Origin: Patescibacteria group bacterium
GTDB lineage: Bacteria > Patescibacteriota > Gracilibacteria > UBA1369 > PNNO01
Length of the DNA: 26,960 nucleotides
Assembly: GCA_042568575.1 (NCBI GenBank)
Contig: JBHPIO010000015.1
Location: forward strand, 1-26,960
Direction: 5' to 3'
The position numbers were made by a program, and so were the translations under genes. The notes beneath the pieces were generated by a model. It saw only the letters and a program-made list of their open reading frames with translations. It ran no database searches and was not told the DNA's origin. Shown here one piece after another: positions 10,001-19,141 of this stretch (positions within the stretch are counted from its first letter, which is position 1; every line of letters starts with the position of its first letter).

Positions 10001-12356
10001 GGCGCCAGAAACTACAACTGACAAAACTCCACTCAGAGAGATTATGGATGCGGCAGGAGAAACAGAGCCACCAAAAACACCGAATCAAGTTCTCAAGGAA
10101 ATTTTAGACAAAATACCTGCAACTTGGCCTGAACTTAGAAAAAAAATAAACGAAATTGAAATAAGAAAAGGGGAATCTTTAGCCGACTTGGAAAAAAAAG
10201 TAACCGAACTTATATCTCAAAGTATTACTATTTACTGGATGGAAAATTGGAATGGGCGTTATTTAAAAGGGGAGACAATCCCAAATGATGAGCGGGAAAG
10301 AATAGTTAGAAATATTAAAGGTACTTTGAAAATAATAGGCTTTCCGGCGGAAATGGTACCGAATTTTAGTAGAGAAAATGAAAGAGAATTCTTGAGACCG
10401 GTATTATTAGAACCGATAAAAGAAAGATGGATTCTATTTAAAGACTGGATAGAAAATCCTGATCCAGCAGAGGTGAGACTTACCAAATTTGATTCGAATT
10501 TGCGTAATTATGTAGGAAATGACTTGGAAGAATTGAATGCAAAATATGAAGATATTGAAGTAACTGATGATGAAATAGCAGCTTTAAAAGCACAACATGA
10601 AGCTTTATTAGATGATAGAGACTTTAGTAAGAAATGTATTGAGACACCAAGAAATTCAGGAAGAGATTGGAATTACCGTACAATGGAAAGCTGTATTAAT
10701 TTATGGGGAATTACTCAGGCAGACTGGGAGGCAGGAAGATTATATCCAGAAGAAGAACCAGTAGATGATGGAATTGATACAGGTGGGGGAACGCCAGAAC
10801 CAGAACCGGCTCCTACACCACAGCCAGCTCCAGCTCCTGCACCGAAACCAGAGCCTGCTCCGGCACCACAGCCGCAGCCTGAACCAGAACCTGCGCCAGC
10901 TCCAGAACCGCAACCCGAACCAGCCCCAGCCCCTCAACCTAGTCCAGTTCCGCCGGCAGGTGAAGTTCAACCAACACCTCAGCCTCCGGTTGGCCCAACA
11001 ATTATCGGTACGCCACCTCCAATAGGTGGGCAACCAATTCCGCCAGCAGCGCCAATTCCAGCGCCGGCTCCAACTCCTGAACCCGAGCCAGCACCGACAC
11101 CTCCACCGGCAGCAGAAGTCGCAGGTGAAGGCCCGTCGCCAGCTCCTAAAGCACAAATCGTAGATGGCGCAGAAGAAGAACCACCAACTCAACCTGAACA
11201 ACCAGAAGAAGAACCAGGGCTGGGACCAAAAGCTCCACCAGCATCTCCTCTAAAACCAGGAGGCGGAAAAGCACCGGAACCGGAAGGCAAAACAGCAGGA
11301 AAACCTGCAGATGTTGAACCAGAATCTGACGTAAGAGGACAAGGCCCGGAAGGCTTAGGAGAAATGAAAAGAGATGCGGAAGTTAGTGAAGAACGAGAAG
11401 CAGTAAAAGTATTAATTGCTACACTTAAAGGTCTTAAAGCAAATCAATTAAGAGAGGCAGGGAAATTACTAAAAGGGGAGAAAAAAGGGCTTAGAGATAT
11501 TGATCGTTTAGAAACAATCGCAACTTTAGTAAAAATCTTTGACTCTATAAAAGGTTTCTCAAAACAAGATCAGAGTGAATTTGAAGAATATCTTGATCAA
11601 CAAGCAATCGACCTCCCTGAAAATTTAGAAACTGTTGAGGCAGAAGCAAAAGCTCTTTATGGAAAATCTATTCCAGCAGTAAACGATGCAATCGGTAAAT
11701 ATTTAGAGGCAATCAAAGCAATCCGAAGGGAAGGTCTAAAAAAAGAAGCCGCTACAGCTGATTTAGACGAAGATTTCACAGCTGCTCCAGAAGGCTCTCC
11801 AGAAGCAGAATTCAAAAGAGCCGGCACAACAGACGTCGCTGGTGTATTGAGAGAGTACGATGTTCTTGAAGCAACGCAGGAACTTGAAGCAGCAATGAAG
11901 ACTATTGAGCCGTTTGTTCTTAAAAGGATAGGTAGCTTACTAGAAAAAGGTCAAACTCATGAGCATGCATTTCAATTAAAACACCTACTATCTTCTCTTA
12001 TTAAGTCACTTAATAAATTATATGAATTAGATCGAGAAAAATGGAGTGAAGAGCTTTTGTCGGATATTGATACTCGATTGGCAGGAATATGGGCTAATGA
12101 CGCAAACGAAACGAAATTCCTAGAAGATCTTGAAATTTTGAAAGGAGTTGATAAAACATCTTCAACTGCATTATTAGCACTTTTCAAACTAATCAAAGCA
12201 CTTGAGGCAAAAGGCAAAGCGCCTGGTTCAAAAAAAAAAGCTGAAACGCCGGAAGTAGAGCCATCATTTGAAGAAAAACTTGGAGGCTTGGATTTTAAAC
12301 GAATCCAGGCAGCGCGAGATGCAATTTCAAAATCTGATCCAGATAACGAATCTTAA
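7038..12356 (+). CDS. Giant acidic modular protein (1772 aa): coiled coil, Pro/Glu-rich linkers, duplicated globular domain
   Basis: Uninterrupted 5.3-kb ORF with 14-aa LNQ(R/Q)E repeats, PEP/PAP-rich linkers and two similar Cys/Trp-containing domains. No signal peptide or TM seen; no family recognised. Confidence 0.93.
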   Translation: MAAQRNRKLRDNLQPEDVHTLAEYAEYCYESNSAEAQRIQNDADKQDLLASSDSYRQLAEEMRDAIDRGTQFKSRGDLENHFNARRVDFDKDPIRTSLINSARRYFNEALNVASKVSFDVVRGNHDFQTWRQSKLDSHGNFISALSPSVPFGADPATIPTYVELRQMQRDLYDREQNVVAAEQDAAQKVLDAEQATVDAKQLTQEAEQKDQEAEQKKQEVEAKEQDLVAREAQLAAGLQQLAQRDQAQNQREDALNQQEAGFAQRGSDLNQRETDASQLEAGLNQREQNIGQQEADLNQREQDIGDKEQVLITKGDEALAKERALAAKEQEVAAREQKARQTMDELVNDRKELGEKEAQLAQRASELDAKSEALRVEAGRLAAEDQRLQDLDAELTRREAAIAGEGGETPTPVPTPEPDADLAKLREELQRKERELSALQVQLDGKGAELDARESTVQEMERLLEDKKTMLAEQSARLDARSAELDRREREIAGKGGGTPTPVPTPEPEHGPDTGGGAPEPDPLLPPHPKPPVPKPKPRPEPEPEPEPEHGPDTGGGAPEPDPILPPHPKPPAPKPKPGVATPAPEPKPAPEPEGGEAPEPAPKPAGPTLKPGVAKPSGGTEPEPGAATPTPAPKPSAGIKGTGPAEAAPETTTGLDLGPHIELVEGVIKVPVDNYFESNKRPENKDKIFDFMDKYRTEFPKSLREKLGEFAREKSEGLSSAEISAQVKAIILEEMKQRINDELSSTEEFQPSERNDFADKVDGVLKVLGVRIKGSDEIKEYLKADYVKMWSEFSRTIKEKDYKAEELQRFLSDWGSDKQPGRFVRAITADLERVGAKLDESELGQLQKEYNALKGDFAFCKSCIEYTGKDWFGRTKEDCIRIWGLNEDAWDGIGSELPEELEEESGDDGGDTGGGAPAPAPTGGAKPTPPPAATGPIQPTPPPVSPQPAPAPEPEPKPAPGPTVTDIEGEEPTPPPEVDVKGATTAVAPETTTDKTPLREIMDAAGETEPPKTPNQVLKEILDKIPATWPELRKKINEIEIRKGESLADLEKKVTELISQSITIYWMENWNGRYLKGETIPNDERERIVRNIKGTLKIIGFPAEMVPNFSRENEREFLRPVLLEPIKERWILFKDWIENPDPAEVRLTKFDSNLRNYVGNDLEELNAKYEDIEVTDDEIAALKAQHEALLDDRDFSKKCIETPRNSGRDWNYRTMESCINLWGITQADWEAGRLYPEEEPVDDGIDTGGGTPEPEPAPTPQPAPAPAPKPEPAPAPQPQPEPEPAPAPEPQPEPAPAPQPSPVPPAGEVQPTPQPPVGPTIIGTPPPIGGQPIPPAAPIPAPAPTPEPEPAPTPPPAAEVAGEGPSPAPKAQIVDGAEEEPPTQPEQPEEEPGLGPKAPPASPLKPGGGKAPEPEGKTAGKPADVEPESDVRGQGPEGLGEMKRDAEVSEEREAVKVLIATLKGLKANQLREAGKLLKGEKKGLRDIDRLETIATLVKIFDSIKGFSKQDQSEFEEYLDQQAIDLPENLETVEAEAKALYGKSIPAVNDAIGKYLEAIKAIRREGLKKEAATADLDEDFTAAPEGSPEAEFKRAGTTDVAGVLREYDVLEATQELEAAMKTIEPFVLKRIGSLLEKGQTHEHAFQLKHLLSSLIKSLNKLYELDREKWSEELLSDIDTRLAGIWANDANETKFLEDLEILKGVDKTSSTALLALFKLIKALEAKGKAPGSKKKAETPEVEPSFEEKLGGLDFKRIQAARDAISKSDPDNES
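8553..8770 (+). repeat. Intragenic 120-bp-period tandem duplication with a (CCAGAA)4 microsatellite
   Basis: 8553-8650 versus 8673-8770: 98 bp with 3 mismatches; CCAGAA four times at 8661-8684. Confidence 0.95.
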
Positions 12357-15300
12357 ATGACTGAAGAACCACAAGGACAATTAGATGATGTTCTGGAAAA
12401 ACTACAAGCCTTTGAAGGCCTGGATTCAGACCAAATTAGCCAATTGCTTGCAGAAAACGCTGAAGCATTACCTCAAGATTTAAATCCAATCAGACAAGAA
12501 GCAACAGAAAAGCTAGCAGAATTCGACGACGTTCTAGATATTGTAAATGGCTTCCTTACCGCAGTTCAACAAGTTCGTGATGCAAAAGGTGAAGCGCCAC
12601 GTGCAGCAGATACAGGTGCAGAAGAATCCGAAGAAGCAAAGATCGAAAGATTATCTAGACCAATAATAGCTGCATGCGAAAAGGTAAGGGAAAAGTTTAA
12701 ACGTATCACAATTCTCCCACGTACGTTGTTTGATGAGATTAGATCTGTTCTTGGTGAAGAATATGAATTTATAACTGATTATCTGTTCCATTATGCCGTT
12801 ATTCAAAAAGATGGTTATTCGTTTTTATTGCCAAATCCTCGTTCGATAGGAATTCAAGATCTTACTTATTCTAATTATGACATTATAGACTTAGGAGATC
12901 ATAGCTGGTTGCAAGACGATCACGAATTGTTAAAACTTGCATATTGTGAAACCAAAGATTACAAAGGTGAAAATAGCGAATTTGTAAAAGGACTTATTGA
13001 TAACAAAAATCCTGAGGCAGAATTAAAACGGGTTGTTTTAGAATTTATACGGGAATTAGAAGGGAATGAAATTCCGGATGATTTTGATGCAAGGAAAGAA
13101 TTTGAAGAAGCAATGGAGTCTGTTACTTCTGAAAAAATGTGGACTGTTTTAAGAAATTTTCAAGTTGATCACAGTGAAGAAGATGTGGGCAAAATATTGA
13201 TTTCTTTAATGAATAATATAATTGAATTATCCGAAAAAAAATTAGAATTAGAGAGGCTATTGGAATTGTCCAAAATGGCTTTTAAGCATCGTGTTCATAC
13301 TTGTGACAGAGATGACTTCGGTGGTTTAGTAGATCACTTAAGGAAAATTAATGATGAATCCCCTGAGTGCTCAAAGGCGATATTAGCCTTGCTCAAGGTT
13401 TATTTGAGAATAAAATCTGACTATGAGTCTGAAGCAGCCCCAAAATCTGAAGAATCAGCAGAAACCGCAGAAGAACCAAAAAAGCTAGTATTCCAGCAAT
13501 TAAAATATGGGAAAAAAGTTCAATATTCGGGTGGCCCTATTGTAAAGGGTTATGATCACGACCCTACTGGGGCATCAAAAGACTTTCCATTTAAACGTGA
13601 AGAATGGCGAGCTGTTTTCCCAGGGGTTCAAGGCTACAGTTCCAATTACCCATGGGAAGATGAAGGCGGCCAAATTCTTGTAAAGGAAATGGAACAAGAT
13701 GGGCAAAAATATATTGTTTGTCAAAGATATAAAATGCGTTCAGAAGGTGGCGACAGTGGACGTGGAAGAAATTATCATGAGCAACACTATATAGCAATTC
13801 CGGCAGAAGAGTGGTCAATTGCTGCTATTCCAAAACTTGCAGAAGTGTTAAGCACAACGCCAATTCTCCAGGACGATGATAAGAATTGGGAAATGTCGCC
13901 TATCGAGATTGAAGTTCCATTTGCAGATACAAAACTTCCGGAAGGTTGGTTTGATGAATATGTTCAGGATTTGGTTGCACATATTGTTTCAGGAAAACCA
14001 ATACAACTAGCGGATCCAGATATGAGCGAAAAAGAATTCTTGCAAAAGTTATACTATGCACTTTTGTGCGTTCCTCTATCAATTGCAAGCAAAATAACTT
14101 TTGGTACTGGACTTTATGATGAAGGTTCCAGATATAACGCGGATATTGCTCATTGTCGTGAAGCATCATATACCGGCGTAAGAAAAGTAGGCGGCGAATG
14201 GAAGGCATATTATGAGGGAGAAGATAGAGATGCTGCACGGAAAGCATATAATGAAAAAGCTAAAGATGATGAATTTGGAGGAAAATATATTAAGCATTTG
14301 AAAAAAGTAGGCGTAGATAAAGCCGAACAATTAAAAGACGTATTACAAGCAGTTCCAACCTTGCTAATAAGACGATCAGCTTATAAACGTTTTGGAATGA
14401 ACCCAGATACAAGCGGGGAAGAAGAGCTTGTTAAAGAGTGGGTGGAGGTGAAGGGTGCAAGTAGGGAAGCTCCAGTAGAAGCAGCCCCAGAATCCGAAGA
14501 AGCAAAAATCGAAAGATTAGGGAAACCAATCGCTGACGCCTGGAATAAAGTAAGACAAGAAAATGATATGTCCGTGCAAGGTATGGAAGAGGAAGCAATG
14601 AATAATCATGCGAATGAAATGATCAACAAGGTATTAGAAGAATTAGGCGATGAATATGAACTTATTGGAAGCCACATTATAAATGCCAACATCAGATCGG
14701 GAGATTATATCTTTATGATTACAAGCCCGGCATATGATGCTATTTGGCAGAAGACCGGTCCATATCAATCCTATGAATTGATTAACAGCGATGATGAACT
14801 TTATAACCTTGCAGCAAACTCTAAGCTAGTTAAACCTGCCTATTGCAAAGTTGAAGATTTCAGAAACCAACCTTTTAAAGACGATATCTACGAAAAAGGC
14901 TTAATAGACGTCAATCCTGAAAGAGAGGTTAAAGGTGCGCAGTCGGAAGCTGCAGAACTAGCAGAAGAGGAAGCTAAGTATACAAAGATACTTATGGATG
15001 CATACGAGGAAGTATATGCCGAAATTCAGGCTCAAATTGAAAGTGATCCAGACTTACAAGGAGTCGAAGGAAGAGAGAAAAGAAATATTCTTGAAAGTCC
15101 AAATAAACATTACCAACTAAATTTTACAAATTTGCTTTATGAAAAATTCCCAGTAGAGTTCCCAATACACCCTGGCTACTATTTCGGACACCTTATTCTC
15201 CCATCCGGCAGAATGTTGGTTTTTTATAATCCGTTTTCAACAAGACATATAGTAGAGGTAAGCAAATACTTTGAAGGAACAAATGGCGAAGATGATTTTG

Positions 15301-15488
15301 ATATTAATGAACCACTTGATTACAAAATGCTTAAGCCGGCAATTATTGATAAAATAGATTGGGAAGATCCTAAATTTGCTAGATTTAAAGCTCTCGGGCC
15401 TACAAGGGATTCACATACTATCGATAGTGGACTATGCCATGTTATATCTCCCGGGTTAGTTGAAAGTAGGAAAAAAGAAGATGTTTAA
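12357..15488 (+). CDS. Large acidic modular protein (1043 aa) with a repeated domain and a possible GAP1/DENN-like central domain
   Basis: Uninterrupted ORF starting immediately after the previous stop in the same frame. Repeated ESEEAKIERL...LG(E/D)EYE...K(L/P)AYC...KGLID units. Confidence 0.92.
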   Translation: MTEEPQGQLDDVLEKLQAFEGLDSDQISQLLAENAEALPQDLNPIRQEATEKLAEFDDVLDIVNGFLTAVQQVRDAKGEAPRAADTGAEESEEAKIERLSRPIIAACEKVREKFKRITILPRTLFDEIRSVLGEEYEFITDYLFHYAVIQKDGYSFLLPNPRSIGIQDLTYSNYDIIDLGDHSWLQDDHELLKLAYCETKDYKGENSEFVKGLIDNKNPEAELKRVVLEFIRELEGNEIPDDFDARKEFEEAMESVTSEKMWTVLRNFQVDHSEEDVGKILISLMNNIIELSEKKLELERLLELSKMAFKHRVHTCDRDDFGGLVDHLRKINDESPECSKAILALLKVYLRIKSDYESEAAPKSEESAETAEEPKKLVFQQLKYGKKVQYSGGPIVKGYDHDPTGASKDFPFKREEWRAVFPGVQGYSSNYPWEDEGGQILVKEMEQDGQKYIVCQRYKMRSEGGDSGRGRNYHEQHYIAIPAEEWSIAAIPKLAEVLSTTPILQDDDKNWEMSPIEIEVPFADTKLPEGWFDEYVQDLVAHIVSGKPIQLADPDMSEKEFLQKLYYALLCVPLSIASKITFGTGLYDEGSRYNADIAHCREASYTGVRKVGGEWKAYYEGEDRDAARKAYNEKAKDDEFGGKYIKHLKKVGVDKAEQLKDVLQAVPTLLIRRSAYKRFGMNPDTSGEEELVKEWVEVKGASREAPVEAAPESEEAKIERLGKPIADAWNKVRQENDMSVQGMEEEAMNNHANEMINKVLEELGDEYELIGSHIINANIRSGDYIFMITSPAYDAIWQKTGPYQSYELINSDDELYNLAANSKLVKPAYCKVEDFRNQPFKDDIYEKGLIDVNPEREVKGAQSEAAELAEEEAKYTKILMDAYEEVYAEIQAQIESDPDLQGVEGREKRNILESPNKHYQLNFTNLLYEKFPVEFPIHPGYYFGHLILPSGRMLVFYNPFSTRHIVEVSKYFEGTNGEDDFDINEPLDYKMLKPAIIDKIDWEDPKFARFKALGPTRDSHTIDSGLCHVISPGLVESRKKEDV

Positions 15489-15497
15489 TGAACAAAT

Positions 15498-16583
15498 TTA
15501 AAAATACCCCTTCAAAACCTCCACAACCTTATTAGTCCCCGCACTCTCTTCTTCAACATGATGCTTTCCTTTAACAAATCCCTCAAAAGGAAGGATTTTT
15601 GCAATCGCATCTTTTAAACGCTTACCATCAAACTCGTCATTTGGGATAATTTCAGTATTATCTCGAACTTTTTTATAAGCCATCGCATTTAACATTTGCT
15701 CTCCGCGACTCGCTGCACTTCCAATTGGTACTAAAATTGTAGGAATTCCAAGCGCTTCGATTTCCGCAATCGAATTCGCACCACTTCGCGAAACAACCAA
15801 GTCGGTAATTGCGTAGTAATCTGCGAGCTCTTTATCAACATATTCAAATGTCTTGTATCTGTCGCGCAACTTATCATCCAATTTAACTGCCTTAGGCAGC
15901 TTTCCTTTCCCGCAAATGTGAATCACCTGATAATGCGGCACCAAATCTCCAATCACGCTAAAAACAGCCTCGTTAACCTTTTGCGCTCCCTGACTTCCAC
16001 CCATCACCAAAACAGTCGGAAGAACTTCATCAAATCCTAAAATCGAATGTCCACTAGAAGCATCACCTTTTAAAATATCTTCACGAACAGGATTTCCTGT
16101 CACAATTTTTTCAACATTAGCCGGAAAATGCTCGGCACTTTCCTCATATGCCAGACATAATAAACTCGCCTTTTTCGCTGAAAGCTTATTTGCCAAGCCA
16201 GGACTCGCATCCGACTCATGAAGAACTATAGGAATCTTAAGCCAATGAGACGCGTAAATAACCGGCAAACTGACGTATCCACCTTTGCTAAAAACAACGG
16301 CGGGTTTAAATTTTCGCAAAATAAAATAAGCACTCAAAATTCCAAATGGCACTTTAAAAAGATCAATAAAATTCCAAAGAGAAAAATAGCGACGTAACTT
16401 TCCAGTCGGAACAGATTTATAATCAAACCCCAAAGCAGGAATCATTGTAGCTTCGGGACCCTTCTTGGATCCGATGTACAAAACTTCAATTTCAGGAAGC
16501 TCTTTTTTAAGTTTGTTTAGTATAGCGACGTTCGGGATAATATGTCCCCCCGTGCCCCCTCCTGTGAAAACGATGCGTTGCAT
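15498..16583 (-). CDS. murG: Lipid II N-acetylglucosaminyltransferase MurG
   Basis: TGGGTGGH, KGGYVS, HESDASPGLAN, TGNPVR, GGSQGA, SRSGA and EQMLNA motifs. Confidence 0.98.
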   Translation of the reverse strand: MQRIVFTGGGTGGHIIPNVAILNKLKKELPEIEVLYIGSKKGPEATMIPALGFDYKSVPTGKLRRYFSLWNFIDLFKVPFGILSAYFILRKFKPAVVFSKGGYVSLPVIYASHWLKIPIVLHESDASPGLANKLSAKKASLLCLAYEESAEHFPANVEKIVTGNPVREDILKGDASSGHSILGFDEVLPTVLVMGGSQGAQKVNEAVFSVIGDLVPHYQVIHICGKGKLPKAVKLDDKLRDRYKTFEYVDKELADYYAITDLVVSRSGANSIAEIEALGIPTILVPIGSAASRGEQMLNAMAYKKVRDNTEIIPNDEFDGKRLKDAIAKILPFEGFVKGKHHVEEESAGTNKVVEVLKGYF

Positions 16584-17715
16584 AAGTAGTTGCGTGTTTT
16601 GAGATATTTAAAAGAATTCCGATTCCAACTAATGTTGATAAGATTGACGATCCACCGTAACTCACTAACGGCAGTGTGATTCCAGTAACCGGGAACAAGC
16701 CAGTATTTACGGCAATATTAATAAATGCCTGAACAATAATCCAAGTTGTAATTCCGGCGGCCAGCAACATGGCAAACCTGTCGGGGGCTCTATTTGCGAT
16801 CATAAAGCCACGATATGCAATAACAACATATGCTATTACAACCAAAAATATTTTCAAAAAGCCCAGCTCCTCAGCTGACGCTGCAAAAATAAAGTCATCC
16901 GAAGCCTGTGGAAGCCAGTACGATTTCTGTACACCCTGAGTTAAACCTTTTCCCCAAAGCCCTCCACTACCAACGGCAATATTTGCTTGCTCAGACTGCC
17001 AACAATAATCCTCTACACACTCCTTATCCATCGACATAAAGGCGACAAAACGCTCTCTTACGTGAGTAACATTAGCGACGACCATCATGGAAATTAAAAT
17101 AGCCGCAAATCCTCCAAGCAATAAATGTCTGTAACGCGCTCCCGCCACAAAATAAATCGCAACAGAAACGAGAGCTATAACTAAAGTAGAACCAAGATCC
17201 GGCTGCAACACAATCGGCAGCAGCATAATCGTGCTAATAATACAAAACGGAATAAATCCGTACTGAAAACTTCCCACATCCTTACTCTTTTCATCCATCC
17301 ATCTGGCCATATAAAAAATCAGGGCCAGCTTGGCGTACTCAGCCGGCTGCAGCGAAGTATTAAATACCACAAGCCAACTTTTTGCGATCGTATTATGACT
17401 CGAACCAAAAATAAGCGCGAACAAAAGCAGCAAAACCATCCCCGCAAAAAGATGCGGTGCCACTCTTCTCCAAAATCTATAAGGAATTTTTGCCACAACA
17501 AGCAAAGCCACAATTCCGATAAATACCCTCGTAATATGTTTCTTAAACAGAAGATAGCAATCAACGCCTTCCTGCTCACAGTTCGGATACAAAATGTCAG
17601 GCGCCGAAAGCTGGATCGATTTCGGGACACCAATACTCGTTATCATCACAATCCCAAAAAGGAGCAATGCAAACGTTACAATTAAAAGAACTTTGTCTGA
17701 TTTCGCTTTCTGCAT
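16507..17715 (-). CDS. ftsW: SEDS-family peptidoglycan glycosyltransferase FtsW
   Basis: SLQPAEYAK, QPDLGS, GSGGLWGKG, LPQASDDFIFA, EELG and P.TGITLPLVSYGGSS; upstream of murG. Confidence 0.95.
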   Translation of the reverse strand: MQKAKSDKVLLIVTFALLLFGIVMITSIGVPKSIQLSAPDILYPNCEQEGVDCYLLFKKHITRVFIGIVALLVVAKIPYRFWRRVAPHLFAGMVLLLLFALIFGSSHNTIAKSWLVVFNTSLQPAEYAKLALIFYMARWMDEKSKDVGSFQYGFIPFCIISTIMLLPIVLQPDLGSTLVIALVSVAIYFVAGARYRHLLLGGFAAILISMMVVANVTHVRERFVAFMSMDKECVEDYCWQSEQANIAVGSGGLWGKGLTQGVQKSYWLPQASDDFIFAASAEELGFLKIFLVVIAYVVIAYRGFMIANRAPDRFAMLLAAGITTWIIVQAFINIAVNTGLFPVTGITLPLVSYGGSSILSTLVGIGILLNISKHATTYATHRFHRRGHGGTYYPERRYTKQT

Positions 17716-17790
17716 AAATAGTCTTTAGTCGGGTCAAAATTTTACATGATTGTTGTTCTTGCGGCAATGCCTTGTTATACTAAACCCACT

Positions 17791-18252
17791 ATGAAAAAAG
17801 TGCTCACATTAAAGACCGTTGGATTTTTTCTTCTCGCAGCAATTGTCATTTTATTTCTTGATAGAACTGTCAAAGAATTAATTTTGCAATACTTCACGAG
17901 CGATATCGAAATAATCCCGAATTTCTTCAAAATCACGTCTCAGCAAAACACCGGAGTAGCTTTTGGTATCCAACTTCCTTATGTACTTCAGCTCGTCCTA
18001 TTCCCGATTCTACTGATCTTCGGATTTTACGTTGTCACAACTCAGCTGGATTTCAACAAACTTTCGGTTCAAATTATCTCAGGATGTATTGCTGGAGCAG
18101 CTTTAAGCAACTTTATCGATCGCGTTATTTATCAACATGTGGTCGATTATATTGCAGTTAGTATCTATCCAGTTTTCAACATCGCAGACGCGTTTATTAC
18201 TGTGGGGATCTTCCTTCTTGTCGTTTTTTATGGTAAAATAAAGAAAGTTTAA
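17791..18252 (+). CDS. lspA: Lipoprotein signal peptidase II
   Basis: NTGVAFG, ALSNFIDR, VVDYI and PVFNIADAFI motifs. Start 17791 preferred because an extended -10 box (TATACT, 17776-17781) lies just upstream. Confidence 0.95.
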   Translation: MKKVLTLKTVGFFLLAAIVILFLDRTVKELILQYFTSDIEIIPNFFKITSQQNTGVAFGIQLPYVLQLVLFPILLIFGFYVVTTQLDFNKLSVQIISGCIAGAALSNFIDRVIYQHVVDYIAVSIYPVFNIADAFITVGIFLLVVFYGKIKKV

Positions 18253-18262
18253 AACCCAAAAT

Positions 18263-19141
18263 ATGGAACAAAATCAGCCAGTTGCAGCACAACCTGCACC
18301 AGAAACAAATGAACAACCAAAATTCACATTTCTTCAATTAATTACACGAACAATAGCCGCTTTTGGAGGCGGAGTTGCGGGAACAATCGCTTTATTGATC
18401 ATTTATATACTAGCGAGCTCTGTTTTAGTGCCAGTTTTAAGCGCAGCAGAAGATTCTCTTGATGCTAGCCCACTATTCATTTTCGCATTAATGGGAATGG
18501 TTTTTGCTTCAACACTAGTTTCAAACTTACTCGCTCCATTATTCATTTCATTTACACAAAAAGGACGATACGCGAGAGTAACAACATCAATGTTCCAGAT
18601 TTTCATCAGTAACGTTGTAGTTTTTGTTATCCTTGTTCCAATTTACCTTTTTGCAACTGGAATTAGCGCGGAATTCACATCATTTGCGGCAGGTCTTCAC
18701 ATCGCATTCAGCGTACTAGCAAGCGCAATGATCTTCGAAATAATCTCAAATTACAAATACGCTTTACTGGGAGTTTACAGCACAATTTTCGCAGTACTCG
18801 CAGGACTTGTTTTCAATATAATTCTATTTCAGGCAACAGGAACAGCGACAGTACTTCTGTTCGTAGCCCTTCCAATTTTATGGGGAGGCGCAGGATTCCT
18901 ATACGGTATTTTCACAATGCTATACCAATGGGTTGTTAGCACATGGGGAACAGATTACCTCTCCACGACTCAGGAATACTCAAAGGATTACGGCGTAGCC
19001 GAAGAAGCAGTAGAAACACTTGTAGATATCCCGGCACCAGAAGATACAGAAGGCGTAGACTTTTTACGAAAAGACGACGCTCCGGAAACTCCAGAAACTC
19101 CGCAGGCTCCTGAAGAAGAACAAATTCCGCCACAAGCTTAA
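18263..19141 (+). CDS. Hypothetical multi-pass membrane protein with acidic, Pro-rich tail
   Basis: About six hydrophobic segments followed by a low-complexity acidic C-terminus; no family recognised. Confidence 0.85.
   Translation: MEQNQPVAAQPAPETNEQPKFTFLQLITRTIAAFGGGVAGTIALLIIYILASSVLVPVLSAAEDSLDASPLFIFALMGMVFASTLVSNLLAPLFISFTQKGRYARVTTSMFQIFISNVVVFVILVPIYLFATGISAEFTSFAAGLHIAFSVLASAMIFEIISNYKYALLGVYSTIFAVLAGLVFNIILFQATGTATVLLFVALPILWGGAGFLYGIFTMLYQWVVSTWGTDYLSTTQEYSKDYGVAEEAVETLVDIPAPEDTEGVDFLRKDDAPETPETPQAPEEEQIPPQA

Noticed and set aside
8077-11201. Antisense and alternate-frame ORFs over the giant gene
   Set aside because: Shadow ORFs caused by low-complexity Pro/Glu codon repeats.
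12230-12239. A10 homopolymer as a phase-variation site
   Set aside because: It encodes a Lys run in an A-rich gene near the C-terminus. Slippage would not fuse the two ORFs, and nothing shows variation.
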